A DNA stretch of 63,633 nt, filler included, from Squatina squatina (GCA_031763465.1; 3 parts of 3 records of this genome joined end to end with filler, not necessarily neighbours in it); one strand, 5' to 3'; positions 36,305 through 50,146 are shown, counted from the whole stretch's first letter. Notes: generated by a model not told the origin, from the sequence alone. Numbers and translations are program-made.

Positions 36305-39300
36305 CTAATACCAAAACAATGGAAACAGGAGTAAAAGATTAGCCAAATATCTGAGCAAAGCTTGCATCGTAGCCTGGTGACGGTGTATTACACTGAAAAA
36401 CAAAAGGCTGCATATAATGACACCGTATGTCCCAACCAGAATGGAGATCTGGAGCTCCCAAATTTTGTTTGATAATGCTCCTGTGAAACATTTAATTACA
36501 CTAAAGGCGCTATATAAATGCAAGTAGTTGCTGCTTTACCATCCGGAAATATGAAGCATTTTGAAATCAGATTATTTTTTCAAATGATCAAATGATCAAA
36601 ACCTATTTGGCATGGCAGTTCATGTTGTTTCCCCTCCTGTACCCAGGATGTGACGTCAATGACCTGACTGAGGAGTATTGAGAAAGACACAAAACTTTAG
36701 ACTGTGACTAAATGGTTACCCAACGATTGAGGATACTTTCCCATCGTGGCTATGAAGTGGATGTTCCATAAACGTAGAACCATTTTGATAACTGGGTATT
36801 TGCTGGCAATATTTAGAGCTTTCAAGGCCTCATTGCTCTGGTTTCATACTCTACGTCCAGTACATATATTCATACATTCATGTCCATGCATAGAATTTCA
36901 ACAGCGAATGCTCCAAGAGACTTCCTATTCACTCCCAAGTCACAGAATTCCTGATCTGTATATAACAGTTCGTAGAATTATACTGCACAGAGTGGGAGGG
37001 CCACACGTACATGAGCACCTCAAAGGCAACTCGGCTGTACCAATAGGACTCCAGGAATGGGAAGGGCTGAAGGAATGTTAGAATTTTTTCCTTCTGCTCC
37101 TAAGGGAGAAAACAGCATGTTTCCGAAGATAATTGACCTCCTCTGGGATGAATCACCTTTCCTCAGTGCAGTTCTGCGGCCTTTAATATTTCTGAGTTGG
37201 AATCAGTACTGTTGGGGTGCAGGGAGAGAATGATGGGCAGTATTCCTGGGCTAGCCTGGGAAATTCAGGATATTCTGCCCTTATAAGGTCTTGGGGGAAT
37301 GACAGCTAAGAACAAGTGTGAATTGCCCTGAGAACCTTGTGAATGTCCCAAACCTTTACTAGAGAAAGGTGATTGGTCCAGGAGAAGATCCATTACCTTC
37401 CCCAAGAGGCTGGCTTGCTCATTTGGGAGCCAAAGAGGTGAGAACAAAGATATCCCTTTCCAGGGATGGGGCAATGTTCCCTGGAGGTCCCGCGCAGCTG
37501 GCTCACCGACTTTTAAAGGGAANNNNNNNNNNNNNNNNNNNNNNNNNNNNNNNNNNNNNNNNNNNNNNNNNNNNNNNNNNNNNNNNNNNNNNNNNNNNNN
37601 NNNNNNNNNNNNNNNNNNNNNNATGATCATATTGAATGGCGGTGCAGGCTCGAAGGGCCGAATGGCCTACTTCTGCACCTATTTTCTATGTTTCTATAAA
37701 AAGCATGTCACCTCTAATTGTGCAGTACTCCCTCATTTTTGCACTGCTGTGAGCCTAGATTATGTGCTCAAATACGGGAGATAATTCCCAAATACACCAT
37801 CATTAGACATGAATGTTCCTGAGAGCACAAAGTACTTTCACCTCTAACTGACTTTAATGGTATCTTTTAACTTACCTCCTTCCCTTTGACAGTACTCTGT
37901 ATTGCTTATAAGGACTTGTCATGTAAAATTAACTATGAATGTCTTTTTTTTCCCTTTATTGAAGATCTAAGGTTTTTTTTTGCAAGCAACGCAATTCTGA
38001 ATGGGATGCAAAGCATGTTTGTTTAAAATAGCAAAGGCACCCCACCTTAGAACCATCAGAACAAAAACATCGAGATAACAGATATCATATCTGATACAAT
38101 GCTCATACAGGCAGGATTCCCTCGCTTTGCCTACTCCTACACAGTTTTAGGTTGTTACAAATGGTATTTAGTATCAAAAGAATATCAAATGTGAAAGTTG
38201 AATGTGGCTTTGTATCATCGTCAGAGTAAGATGTAAGTACCGAACGCACCATTTCATGAATTTACAACATTGACATGCAATTACAATTATGACCTACATG
38301 GAATGAAAATGTAGTTTTCAAAAGCTCTAAATTTTAAATTACTATGACAGATTTATTAAAACAGCACACACAACGTGCTATGCCTGTTCGACAACAGCAA
38401 GAAACTGATTTGCGCTTTCCTGAAGAACTCAGGTTCACAGATTTGCAATTGTCATCATATCTTGAGTGTAAAGGGTTAATGTCTATGGCTCTTCGGACAA
38501 ATGCGTCACATGGCCCGATATTGAGCTACACTTGGTGTAGACTGGATCACACACACAAAAGAATAGCTACTTGGGCCNNNNNNNNNNNNNNNNNNNNNNN
38601 NNNNNNNNNNNNNNNNNNNNNNNNNNNNNNNNNNNNNNNNNNNNNNNNNNNNNNNNNNNNNNNNNNNNNNNNNNNNNTCCCCAATGAGTCTGCCAAGCCT
38701 ACTCCCTTGGCTGTGATTTCACTAAATAGTAGAAGGGACAGCAGGAATCTCACTCATGCAGTCATGTGTGTCATTATATAGATGGCTAAGCATTGGGTTA
38801 TTTTGAAAGTGTCAGCTAGGCTATTTAAATTTTAGTGGGGACAAGGGAGCGGGTGGGGGGAGGCAGTGTTGCAGGCTACAGCCATGCAAGATCTCTTCCT
38901 TGCCAGGCATCCATAATGATGCACTTTCCACCAGCAGCCACTGGATACGTCCAGCATGCCCCCACCCCGAGTGATCCATCGCCCTCTGAGCCTGGGAACA
39001 CCGAGGCCAGTCATAGTGCCTCATTACAGTCCTGGTTGAGATCACAAACAAACTCAAGGATCGACCTGGGAATTTGCTGTGTGTATTGTACCTTGCAGTG
39101 CACTTACACAGTGAGCCATTACCACTGTTTTAAATAGAATGGAAAACCTTTTAAAATCCTGCATGTAAGTTAACTGAACATAAAATATTTCCAGCCTTTC
39201 AACATGATCATAAATCTTCAGAGCAAATCTGCGAGACTTATAGAGTTTGTGCCCAATGAGAAATTTAGTTTTAATGATTTTTTTTGCTGCAAGGCTATTA

Positions 39301-39824
39301 AAAAAAGGCAATGGAAAAATGTGCATGATATAGTCTATCCCTAAAGAACTAGACAACGACTTTGAACTCTTATATTTGGTTATAAACATCCTCTCTCAGT
39401 TGCTGTATGGTTTACGGGGCCCTTAGAATTCAAAACATATGTGGCTAGCAGCAAGCCGTAAGACAAATGACAACTGTAGCTCTACACCACAAGACTACAG
39501 CACCTGCAACTGTCTCCACCATTTTGCCTTTTTTAATGTACGACAAAGATTTTTTTTAAATTGCAACTGCTGCAGAATTAAAATTGTTCCCTAAAAGTGC
39601 TAGCAATTGCAACCTGTATTCACCTGTTTGCAGAATAATTATTGTGCGCTGGTTTAAACTAATTGAGGTAATATTCAGTGATTACATAGTATGGGATAAG
39701 AGCCTGAAACTATATATAATTTTTCTAATTTAAAAAAAATGCTTTAAAAATACTTGGACCTCGTCACATCTTAAAATCATTCAGATGTAATGAGTTCCTT
39801 TGAGGTACAATGCCTGTTACACAA

Positions 39825-40061
39825 GAACATAAGAAATAGGAACAGAAGTAGGCCATTCGGCCCTTCGAGCCTGCTCCTCCATTCAATAAGATCATGGCTG
39901 ATCTGATTCTGGCCTCAACTCCACTTCTCTGCCTGTTCCCCATAATCTTTGACTCCTTGCTGTTCAAAAATCTGTCTATCTCAGCAGCCTTGAATATATT
40001 CAATGACTCAGCCTCCACAGCTCTCTGGGGTAAAGAATTCCAAAGATTCACGACCCTCTGA
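39825..40061 (-). mobile_element. CR1 LINE 3' end
   Basis: VNLWNSLPQRAVEAESLNIFKA.EIDRFL and the 3' UTR ggctcgaagggccgaatggcctac. Confidence 0.85.
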
Positions 40062-40229
40062 NNNNNNNNNNNNNNNNNNNNNNNNNNNNNNNNNNNNNNN
40101 NNNNNNNNNNNNNNNNNNNNNNNNNNNNNNNNNNNNNNNNNNNNNNNNNNNNNNNNNNNNNAAATAGGGCGACCACATATTACTTGGAAGAAACGAATCT
40201 AAATGAAGTAGAACAGCAACGTGATTGCG

Positions 40230-40920
40230 GAGTACAAATACACAAATCACTAAAAGTAGCGACACAGGTTAACAAGGCCATAAAAGAAAAAAGCAAACCA
40301 AACACTAGGGTTTATTTCTAGAGGGAATGAATTGAAAAAGTAGAGAAATTATGCTGAACTTGTATCGAACCTTGGTTAGACAACACTTGGAGAACTGCGT
40401 ACAGTTCTGGTCGCCATATTATAAAATGCGAGTCGAGGCTCTGGAGCGGATGCAGAGAAGATTTACAAGGATGATACCAGAAATGTGAGGGAAGGATGAA
40501 CAGGCTGGGTCTCTTTTCTCCTGAAAAGAGAAGGCTGAGGAGTGATCTAATAGAGGTCTTTAAAATCATGAAACACTTTGACAGAGAATATACAGAGAGA
40601 ATGTTTCCATTTGTGGGGAAGAGCAACACTAGAGGCCATCAATTTAAGATAGTCACCAAAAAATCAAATAGGGAATTCAGAAGAGATTTCTTTACCCAAA
40701 GAGTGGTGAGAATGTGGAACTCTACCACAGGGCGTGGTTGAAGCGATCGTGTAGTTGCATTTAAGGGGAGGCTACACAAGCATATGAGGGAGAAGGGAAT
40801 TAAGAGGGTTATGCTGATAGATTTAGATGAGTAAAGATGGGAGGGGACTCGAGTGGATCATAAATGCCAGCATGGACTGGTTGAGCTGACTGACCTGTTT
40901 CTGTGCTGTATATCCTATGT
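40230..40920 (+). mobile_element. CR1 LINE 3' portion
   Basis: RLGLFSPEKRRLRSDLIEVFKIMK.FDR...FRRDFFTQRVVRMWN. Confidence 0.87.
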
Positions 40921-41579
40921 AATTTTAAAGTTTGCAGCATAGCTTGACTAGCAAAACAAAAAAAGCAAGATATTTTTAAAAAGTCTACAGTTCGCCACTA
41001 GTTTAGGCACTTTGCCACACTCGTGATTGGATGATCCCCTTTACTTATTACTTAAACATTTCTACACCACCTTATGCTTCACTGTGTAATCATACCACAC
41101 TTTAGTACATGAAAAAAAAATCATAAGCTATTTGCAAGATTCAGTTCTTGTGGAGTTACACAACCACCCACGAGGAAGTGGATCTTTCTTGTGTAGGTGG
41201 AGGAGTGGGGGCGCATGGGGAGCTACGCTCTCTGTCAGGGGGTTTCTGGGGATGCCAGGAAATTAGCCATGGTGGTTTCTGAACCTACAGACACAGGCAT
41301 ACGCTTTGCCCTGTCATGGAAATTTATCACTTGCAATAAAAATGAAGACCATTATATTGAGCGACGGCTAAAGCTAAATATATGGAAGGAATGAGTCAGC
41401 AAAGCAGTCTGTACTTCCCCTTTGCATCTCCAGAACCTAAACCACAACTTAAGAAATGATATTTTTTCCCCTCTCCCATGTAAATAGAGATTCAAAAAGA
41501 ATTATGTTGTATTTACCTGTGACTGTAACGAATGGCGATTGTCAGTCCAAGCTGCAAATGCAAAAATAAATGTTATAAC

Positions 41580-41847
41580 AAAGGAATTGTACTTCTATAG
41601 TGCTTTATCACATTCTTGGAATGGCAGAGCTTCACCATCAATGGATTACTGTCCTTTTTCTTTGTTTGAAGTGCAGTCATTATTAAGTAGCCAAACCCAA
41701 CGGTCAGTTTGGAGTCCCACAAACCGCAAGAGATGAATGACCATTAGCCTGCTTTTGATTGAGGGAGGGATGTTGTCCAGGACACCTGGGAGAGCTCCTT
41801 GCTCCTCTTCAAATTGTTCCATTAGATCTTCTGTGCCCATTTGAACA
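41580..41847 (-). mobile_element. DeuSINE-like fragment
   Basis: Reverse complement of the Deu domain (tcccacaaac.gcaa, ccaggacac..gggaga.ctcc.tgctc.tcttc.aa). Confidence 0.65.
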
Positions 41848-41947
41848 NNNNNNNNNNNNNNNNNNNNNNNNNNNNNNNNNNNNNNNNNNNNNNNNNNNNN
41901 NNNNNNNNNNNNNNNNNNNNNNNNNNNNNNNNNNNNNNNNNNNNNNN

Positions 41948-42180
41948 GAGGGTTGTGAATCTTGAAATTCTTTACTCCATAGAGCTGTGGAGGCTGTCAT
42001 TGAATATATTCAAGGCTGAGACACAGATTTTAGAGTAACAGGGGAGTCAAAGGTTCTGGGGAACAGGCAGGAAAGTAGAGTTAAGGACAGAATCAGATCA
42101 GCCATCATCTCATTGAATGGCGGAGCAGGCTCGAGGGGCCGAATGACCTACTCCTGCTTCTATTTCTTATGTTCTTATGT
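41948..42180 (+). mobile_element. CR1 LINE 3' end
   Basis: Same 3' UTR as 4700-4845, with a ttcttatg tail. Confidence 0.8.
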
Positions 42181-42795
42181 TCACTGTGTACCATTGATAA
42201 GGTGAAGCACTGTGCACCATTGATAAGGGGACACACTACACCATTGCGCACCATAAGGGGAAGCACAGTACATCATTTTCTCATTCTTCTACTTTATATT
42301 GCTAATAGGACACATGGAAAATGTATTTACCTTCATGGCTCCCAAGGCCTGAAGTATTAAGGCAATCCTTGTTGGTGTAAGGGCTGCTAACATAGCATTA
42401 AACCTAGCACCTTTGTCTTCAATGGGCGACTCATAAACTCCATTCTGAGATACAGAACCAAACCTGTGTGTGAAGAGATCAGAAAACGCATCTTGAGTAC
42501 TTCGACATATATTAGTCTGTGATAATGCTCTGGGCCCTGAAGGCTCTGTTCAATGCAAAATACAAATTCAGACACAAGTTCCCTAACTCCTCCCCTCCCA
42601 ATGTCCCTTAACATCAATGTTACATTGCTCACTTATGATCTTAGCTCCCCCCACCTCCTTCCCTGTTGCAATTTTGATTTGTGCATTTGTCACAGNNNNN
42701 NNNNNNNNNNNNNNNNNNNNNNNNNNNNNNNNNNNNNNNNNNNNNNNNNNNNNNNNNNNNNNNNNNNNNNNNNNNNNNNNNNNNNNNNNNNNNNN

Positions 42796-43270
42796 TGATA
42801 CAGCACCACCTGCACTGGGACAACACCACCTGCACTGGGATACCACCACCTGCACTGGGACATAACCTGCACTGGAAACAAAACCAACACTGCGACACCA
42901 GCTGCACTGTGACACAAATTGCACTGGGAAAATAAATGCACTGGGCCTCTACTGGCACTGGGACCCCACCATTGCTGGGACAGCACCAGCACCTACAGTC
43001 GGACAATATCTCCCTGGGACAACAACTGCACTGGGCCGCCACTTGCACAGGGACAATAACATCTGCATTGGTATAACAGCACTTGCACTGGGAAAACACC
43101 TGTACTGGGATAACACCTGCTCTGGGATAACAGCAGTACTAGGACCACACATGCACTGGGACAATACCTGCACTGGGACACCACAACCTGCAATGGGACT
43201 GCAACACTGGCACTGGGACAATAATATCTGCCCTGTGATAATAGCACCTGCACTGGAACAGCACCACGTG
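42796..43270. repeat. Degenerate ~20-21-bp minisatellite (about 20+ units)
   Basis: Repeated a(c/t)a(a/c)caccacctgcactggga core; begins at a gap edge. Confidence 0.9.
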
Positions 43271-43491
43271 CAGCAGAAAGAACATTCCAAGGGAGGGATC
43301 TGCACGTCATGATGTAACCGGCATCAAAAATAACTCCACTCAAAAAGGAGAAAATGTGAAACAAACTGCATGCAACCCGGAAAGAGGAAGGAAGGATCCC
43401 TGCCAGCTGGCGCGGCCCGGTGCAGGGTTTGGCGGGGGTGCTCAGGGGCCGCCGAGCTGCGTCTCATTCCCCCACCTTCGGGGAGGGTTAC

Positions 43492-43671
43492 CTGTGCTGG
43501 GAGAACAGCTGGCTCTGGGCTGTCTGCCGGCGGAGCTCGTTCTTCAGCTGCCAGTGCTGGCCGTCCAGGTACCTGGCCAGCGAGGTGTTCCTGATGCCGA
43601 GCCTGTTTTGCATTGCATCCACCTCCTCCTGCTGCTGCTGCTGTTGTTGTTGTTGTTTCTGGTGATGATGC
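43492..43671 (-). CDS. ACOXL: Probable first coding exon of ACOXL, with a His/polyGln tract; 5' end in gap
   Basis: GC-rich; HHHQKQ9EEVDAMQNRLGIRNTSLARYLDGQHWQLKNELRRQTAQSQLFSQH(R)|gtaacc; L..YLDG resembles acyl-CoA oxidase N-termini; same strand as and upstream of the ACOXL exons; head-to-head with BUB1. Confidence 0.65.
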
Positions 43672-44001
43672 NNNNNNNNNNNNNNNNNNNNNNNNNNNNN
43701 NNNNNNNNNNNNNNNNNNNNNNNNNNNNNNNNNNNNNNNNNNNNNNNNNNNNNNNNNNNNNNNNNNNNNNNGTGTCACATTGAAGCACTTCAAGGTAGTT
43801 CACAGAATGAATTCTAATGAAGTGCAATCACTCTTTTATGTGGGAATACCATCACATTACAATTTAACTTTTGTTTATCTAGCATGATGCCTTCTGTTTA
43901 GAGCTTTGTGTGACTGTGGATAGTTTTCATTCTGCATGTGGTGTGATTTCTATAAGCATCTCTAAATGTTTCCTAATTTCTCTTTTAAAATATCTTTTTA
44001 G

Positions 44002-44195
44002 AATTTCAAATCCAGCTGAGCCTGTGCTTCAAAATGATAGCCACGGTAAAATTCAGGCAGCGTCCGGTGAACTTCAGCAAGTTATCATGTACCATAAAGA
44101 TGTTCTCTTTTCTGGAGATAAAGAGATGTGTTTTGAAGAAATTCGAGCTAAGGAACACATTGCGCGAAGCCAACAGAAGGAAAAGGAGGAATGGA
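44002..44195 (+). CDS. BUB1: BUB1 exon containing the GLEBS (Bub3-binding) motif
   Basis: ttttag|..IMYHKDVLFSGDKEMCFEEIRAKEH...KEEW|gtatgt vs recalled human VMYCKEKLIRGESEFSFEELRAQKY..HEQW. Confidence 0.88.
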
Positions 44196-44842
44196 GTATG
44201 TCTTTTGTTTTTTCTGTCATCATAATTTGTAGCCAATCTACTGGAAATGACTGGAGCTGCTTGTCTTCTGTGGAGTTGCGCTCCATTTTTTGCTCACCTC
44301 CCTGGTGGCATGGGTGCTGGCCTGTAGTCTGTTGTTCATTGACACAGCATGTTGACACATCAACATAAAAATGAAAACTTAAAACTGAAAAAATGTAATG
44401 TAAAATTTCTGGTTTCCTTGTGCGTTCTGGCCAACATCATCATTGAGCGATTTAAAAACCTGCTCACGTCCTCTCCTGTAAATATTACTTTTTCGGTGAA
44501 AGGTGTTGATACAGTATGGAAGAAATGATGAAGATTTATTATTGCTTTGAGACAGAATATGGAATAGCATCCTGTGTTACAGCACAATTGTTCAGACGTT
44601 TCTCCTGATATAGGAAAAAAAAGGGTCGTCAGCAGATAAGTAATCCTCTCCCCTCAATCTTTAACTTACATTCATTTTTTATTCCCCACACAAGTGTCAA
44701 AATAATTTACAGGAAATAATGTATTGCCACACATAGCAGGGCGGTTATTTTGGTGCAAATGCTACTTCTGGCCACTTGATTAAGTTTTTCTTTCAATTGT
44801 GAGGAGAAATTAACACTAATCAACTAATTAAATACAATAGAG

Positions 44843-45321
44843 ATGGCAATAGAGGGGATGTGTTGCAGCTGTATGATGTGGGAGCTGCTGGACACCAGGG
44901 TGATCCAGGACGACCACATCTGCAGTAAGCGCCTGCAGCTCGAGGAACTCCGGCTCCGAGTTGAGGAGCTGGAGTCCGAACTGCAGACGTTGCGATGCAT
45001 CAGGGAGGAGGAGAGTTACCTGGACATTTTGTTCCAAGAGGCAGTCACACCCCTTAGAGTAGATAATTCACTTTTGGTCTGTGATCAGGGGCAGCAGGGT
45101 GTGACTTCAGGTGAGGCACGTACAGGGATCCAGGAGGTAGTGTTGGAGGAGCCTCGGCCCCTGCACTTGTCTAACAGTTACGAGGTTCTTGCGAGCTGTG
45201 TGGACGAGAGCAGGGACTGCAGGGTGGATGAGCAACCTGACCATAGCACCGTGGTACAGGGGGCCATTCAAGTGGGGGGAGCAAAAAGGAACGTAGTAGT
45301 GGTAGGGGACAGTATAGTTAG
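44843..45321 (+). mobile_element. CR1 LINE ORF1 (zinc finger/leucine zipper and start of SGNH esterase)
   Basis: CxxCxMWE..HICSK..L......L..L heptads, LSNxYEVL, VVVVGDSIV. Confidence 0.85.
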
Positions 45322-46550
45322 NNNNNNNNNNNNNNNNNNNNNNNNNNNNNNNNNNNNNNNNNNNNNNNNNNNNNNNNNNNNNNNNNNNNNNNNNNNNNNN
45401 NNNNNNNNNNNNNNNNNNNNNTATGCCTTTCATTAGACAATTAAGATCTTGTATTTCCACCACCCCACAATTTTTCTGAAAATTGTTTCTTAATGTCTCT
45501 TACAAGTTTCATCTTATTGATGACATTACCCTTAATCATTCATCAATTGACGTCCTTGACCACACTACATCTTTTGACTTCAAATGGAATGAATATTGCC
45601 TCCATTGCTAATGCTATCTACAAGAAATTTGGTTTCCTCTTTGGTACCAACTGCGCTTGTTTTCAACGATGATTAACTCTCTCGTACTGCTTCATTATCT
45701 TGGGAGGTTCTTCGAACACCATTTTTGGACAGATACAAGAAAACGCTTGTTTGATGGGTAACCTTTCACTCACCTTTTACCTCTAACATCTCTCTGTTGC
45801 TACTTTTGTCATCTTTTTATTGATGCTGCTATGGTCGGTATTCCTCTACTTTCTCTTCCTGTTCCTGCTAAGCTCAGAGTACACTGTCTGAAGTGCTATT
45901 CCTGCACCCATGTCCCACTGTTTTGAAATAAAGACTTGCCTTACTTTCTGCAAAATAATTATTTCCCAGGACCCATAAATAGTGGGACCCCTTGCCTCCC
46001 TGCCATGGATCGCTCTACAATATACAGTGTTCTGATACCCAATCTCCGTGTCCATTAAAGACTACTTCTTAATTTATCTCGTCTTTGCTTTTACAATGTG
46101 TGTAAGCTTGTTGGTGCTCTACAGTTATAGGTATTGGCCAAATTTGTAAAGGCTGATACCAAACTAATTTTTACGGTCCCTTTACACTATAAAACTGGTG
46201 TTTTTGCAAGAATGTGTGGAACAGTGAGTAAATGGGGGTAGGGTGGGAACCTGTTGAGGACGCTCCCTCTGTTTATGACAAAGATCTCTGCTTGGTGCTT
46301 TCTCACAATAATGTGGCTGAGTGGCGGATCAATCTGTGGCACCGTGCATTGCTACTACAATGCACTGCACCTTCCTGTTTATCTTTTAATCTCAATTTTT
46401 CTCGCATTCTTATTGTATGCAAAAGAATTCTCACTAGCAATACAGATGTATGGTAACATAGATCTTGATGAAAGTTTCTGGAAGTGTTCTGAGACCAGTT
46501 TCATTTGAATAATGCTACTTAATTTTTTTTGGCCTCTTCTTCTCCTCAAG

Positions 46551-46647
46551 ATATCCATCAATCCATGGAAATTCTGGGTACGAACTTTGATCCACCTTCC
46601 ATTGTTCCATTTTCAATCTTTGAAGATGATGCTGGCGATATGAATAG
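46551..46647 (+). CDS. BUB1: BUB1 exon with ABBA motif (97 bp)
   Basis: ctcctcaag|(D)IHQSMEILGTNFDPPSIVPFSIFEDDAGDMN(S)|gtatag; FxIFED is an ABBA motif; phase-compatible with the next exon. Confidence 0.8.
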
Positions 46648-46737
46648 GTATAGAAAACAGCTACTTGTAACTTTTTTTGAAAAAAATATAGCCAGTTGGA
46701 CTCTTGATAATTAATAGTGTGATGTTGATTTGAACAG

Positions 46738-46804
46738 TAAACCTGCCGAATCGAGACCATTGGAAGAATTGTCCGAGAAACAATCCACAGCTAGTGAAGC
46801 AAAG
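46738..46804 (+). CDS. BUB1: BUB1 exon (67 bp)
   Basis: gaacag|T KPAESRPLEELSEKQSTASEAK|gtaaga; phase 2 in and phase 0 out link the two flanking exons. Confidence 0.75.
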
Positions 46805-46834
46805 GTAAGACTTCTGTTTTTTTTGCTGCCCTAC

Positions 46835-47235
46835 CAACAGTGTGGAATGTTCCAAAGTGCTTAACATACAGTAAATTCTTTTTTTCAAGTGCAGCAATAC
46901 GGCAGCTATTTTGTGCACAGCAAGGTTCCACAACCAGCAATGAAATGAATGACCAGTTAATCTGTTTGGTTAGTGTTAGTTCAAGAAAGGAATGTTGCCA
47001 GGACACCTGGAGAAGTAGAAACATGGCATCTTTAATTTCCTACTGAACTGATAGAACAAGCAGACAGGACGTTGGGAATTTAATGCCTCGTCTAAAGGAA
47101 GGTACTTCTGACACTGCCGCATTCCCTCAGCAATGCACTGGAATGTCGGCTTAGATGATCTATTTCAGTCCTGTAACAGAGTTTGAACCCAAACTTTCTG
47201 ACAACAAAAACAAAATTGTTGATAACTGAGCTAAA
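46835..47235 (-). mobile_element. DeuSINE-like SINE, diverged
   Basis: tgtgcacagcaagg.tcc.caa.cagcaatga, gccaggacacc, tctgaca.tgc.gca.tccctcag and tttgaaccc B-box, all in reverse orientation. Confidence 0.7.
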
Positions 47236-47726
47236 CTAACGTGAATTTTATAACCACCTTCAGGTACTTGGTATAGACCACAGAGAGGATGAGTCTTGCT
47301 CAAAGATGTATGATAAATGATTATCTCCTGAGTGATGCCAGTTGAATAACTCGTAAATTAAGTCACAAGTTGGCATGATCTGTCTCCGAAGTAGCCATGA
47401 TAGATTCCATTTATACTTACTATCTTTATTTTCCTGTGGAATTCAGTGAGTAGTTTCACAACTCAATTGGTTGAAACCACTTTGTGATGTCACATGGTCA
47501 TTATGATATAAATTTCCCACCCCCACCCCGACACAGAATGGGGAATAAAGCCTTGAAATCACTCACCGCGACCCACCTATTCCGAGAGTAATAATGTGAA
47601 AACTGTCCCAGTAAACCAGCAATAATGTTGCAATTCAGTTGTTAGGGAAATTTTTTGACCGGTTAACAACAAGAATTAAATTTGTTTTATAAACTATGAA
47701 TTTGATTTTCAAAAACCTTTGTTCAG

Positions 47727-47904
47727 GAAGTAGATGACCAAGCCGTTTGGGCCGTGTGTGATAATCGAACCCTGGCAATTAATCCAAATGATACAGAGGA
47801 TTTTGCCCTTGCAGCACCACTAGCATCAACTCCATTCTATGGGGTACCACAGCAACCAAAGCAAGATTCAGAGGATTACAATGAAGGGAAGAATCTGTTT
47901 TGTG
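47727..47904 (+). CDS. BUB1: BUB1 exon with S-T-P polo-box docking motif
   Basis: Not in the ORF track. gttcag|EVDDQAVWAVCDNRTLAINPNDTEDFALAAPLASTPFYG...|gtgggt vs recalled human LDDSTVWGIRCNKTLAPSPKSPGDFTSAAQLASTPFH; 3' boundary less certain. Confidence 0.88.
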
Positions 47905-49044
47905 GTGGGTATCAACTTTAAGCAGTGATTTCGCACTTTGCAGCAATCCAACAAACAAGCTCTTTGCGAGTCCCGCCGTCTCACGAGCTGGTCTGACACC
48001 TACCGGACAATGGAGAAACTGCAGCTACCAAAAATAAACGTCACCGCAGCCCGGAGTTTTCTTTCTGTGTTTTCCCCCTCAACCCCCGCTGCCAATTTCC
48101 TTAAGCAATGGTCCAGGGTGTCAGCTCTTAAACCAATTTTAAATATGCCCGTCTAAAGATTGAAATTGTAAAATAATGAACGGAAGGAAATTAATTATGT
48201 TTTGTACAATTCTTTTAAATCGTAAAATGATGATTAAATATAAATTAACAAATAAAAAAAATCCCAACTAGGCGAGACGATAGCCAAATTTTAATACGAA
48301 TTTTGGAAAGTGCCAATATCAACTCAAATACAAATAAGAAATTATTTAAAGACGTTCAAATCTGGGTCTCACCTGCAGGGGAAAGGCGCGATGTCAGCGC
48401 CACATCGGAAGAACTGCACGGTCAAAATTGCATGAACCATGAACCAAGTTGTTCGTGGTTTGAGGTTTTGACCCCGCCAAAGTGAGGCGGAGGGATAGTG
48501 AATACAAACAAAAATTGCTGGAAAAACTCAGCAGGTCAGGCAGCATCTGTGGAGAGAAAAACAGNNNNNNNNNNNNNNNNNNNNNNNNNNNNNNNNNNNN
48601 NNNNNNNNNNNNNNNNNNNNNNNNNNNNNNNNNNNNNNNNNNNNNNNNNNNNNNNNNNNNNNNNCTGTAAATGTCTGTGATTGTAAATGTGCAAAACCTG
48701 TTGAGTAATAGCTCACCTAAAACCCGTGCTCCAAATTTCTACTATTAATCTTGCATAGTTAATCTAAGACCCCCTCTGCTTGTTCTATTGCTCTTCTGTA
48801 ATGAGGAAAGGGAGCAGTATCCATGAGTATTCTGCATTTGTAGCAGCTACCAAAATGTGCATATTATGAAATTTGCTACCGTTGAGAAATGGATCTCTCT
48901 TTAGGATGCGAGAAAGACAGAAGGGTATGTTTGGGAGATTGGGGAGGGGAGGAGTGTAATTGCACTCTTGAAACTTAATTTTCTTTTGAACATGTAGAAG
49001 TGAACCCTTCTTTGAAAACTACTAAATTTCAGTATTTTCTTTGA

Positions 49045-49793
<749 letters not shown>

Positions 49794-50137
49794 NNNNNNN
49801 NNNNNNNNNNNNNNNNNNNNNNNNNNNNNNNNNNNNNNNNNNNNNNNNNNNNNNNNNNNNNNNNNNNNNNNNNNNNNNNNNNNNNNNNNNNNNCAATTCC
49901 CAATTAGTCTTCCTCGTTATGTCCTCATTGCAAATTGGGAGCATGGCTATAAAACCATTACTGACCAGCCACTGCCAAGACACTGGTAAATAGGTGGAGC
50001 AGAATTGGTCCAATTGTAACTGGTCTTCAAATATCCTAGCTCTTAAATTTATCAATATTTTCCATTTTTTGGATACAAGATAGCAGCGCTATTCCAATTC
50101 AAGAGGGAAAAGAACACAATTATTTGTAAATTAAAAA

Positions 50138-50146
50138 AAAGGATAT
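50138..50146 (-). other. U12-type (AT-AC) 5' splice site
   Basis: CAG TGG CAT G|ATATCCTTT, exactly where channel homology ends. Confidence 0.88.

Noticed and set aside
42583-43364. Cys-rich ORFs resembling metallothionein or keratin-associated proteins
   Set aside because: Translations of the ~21-bp minisatellite in several frames on both strands
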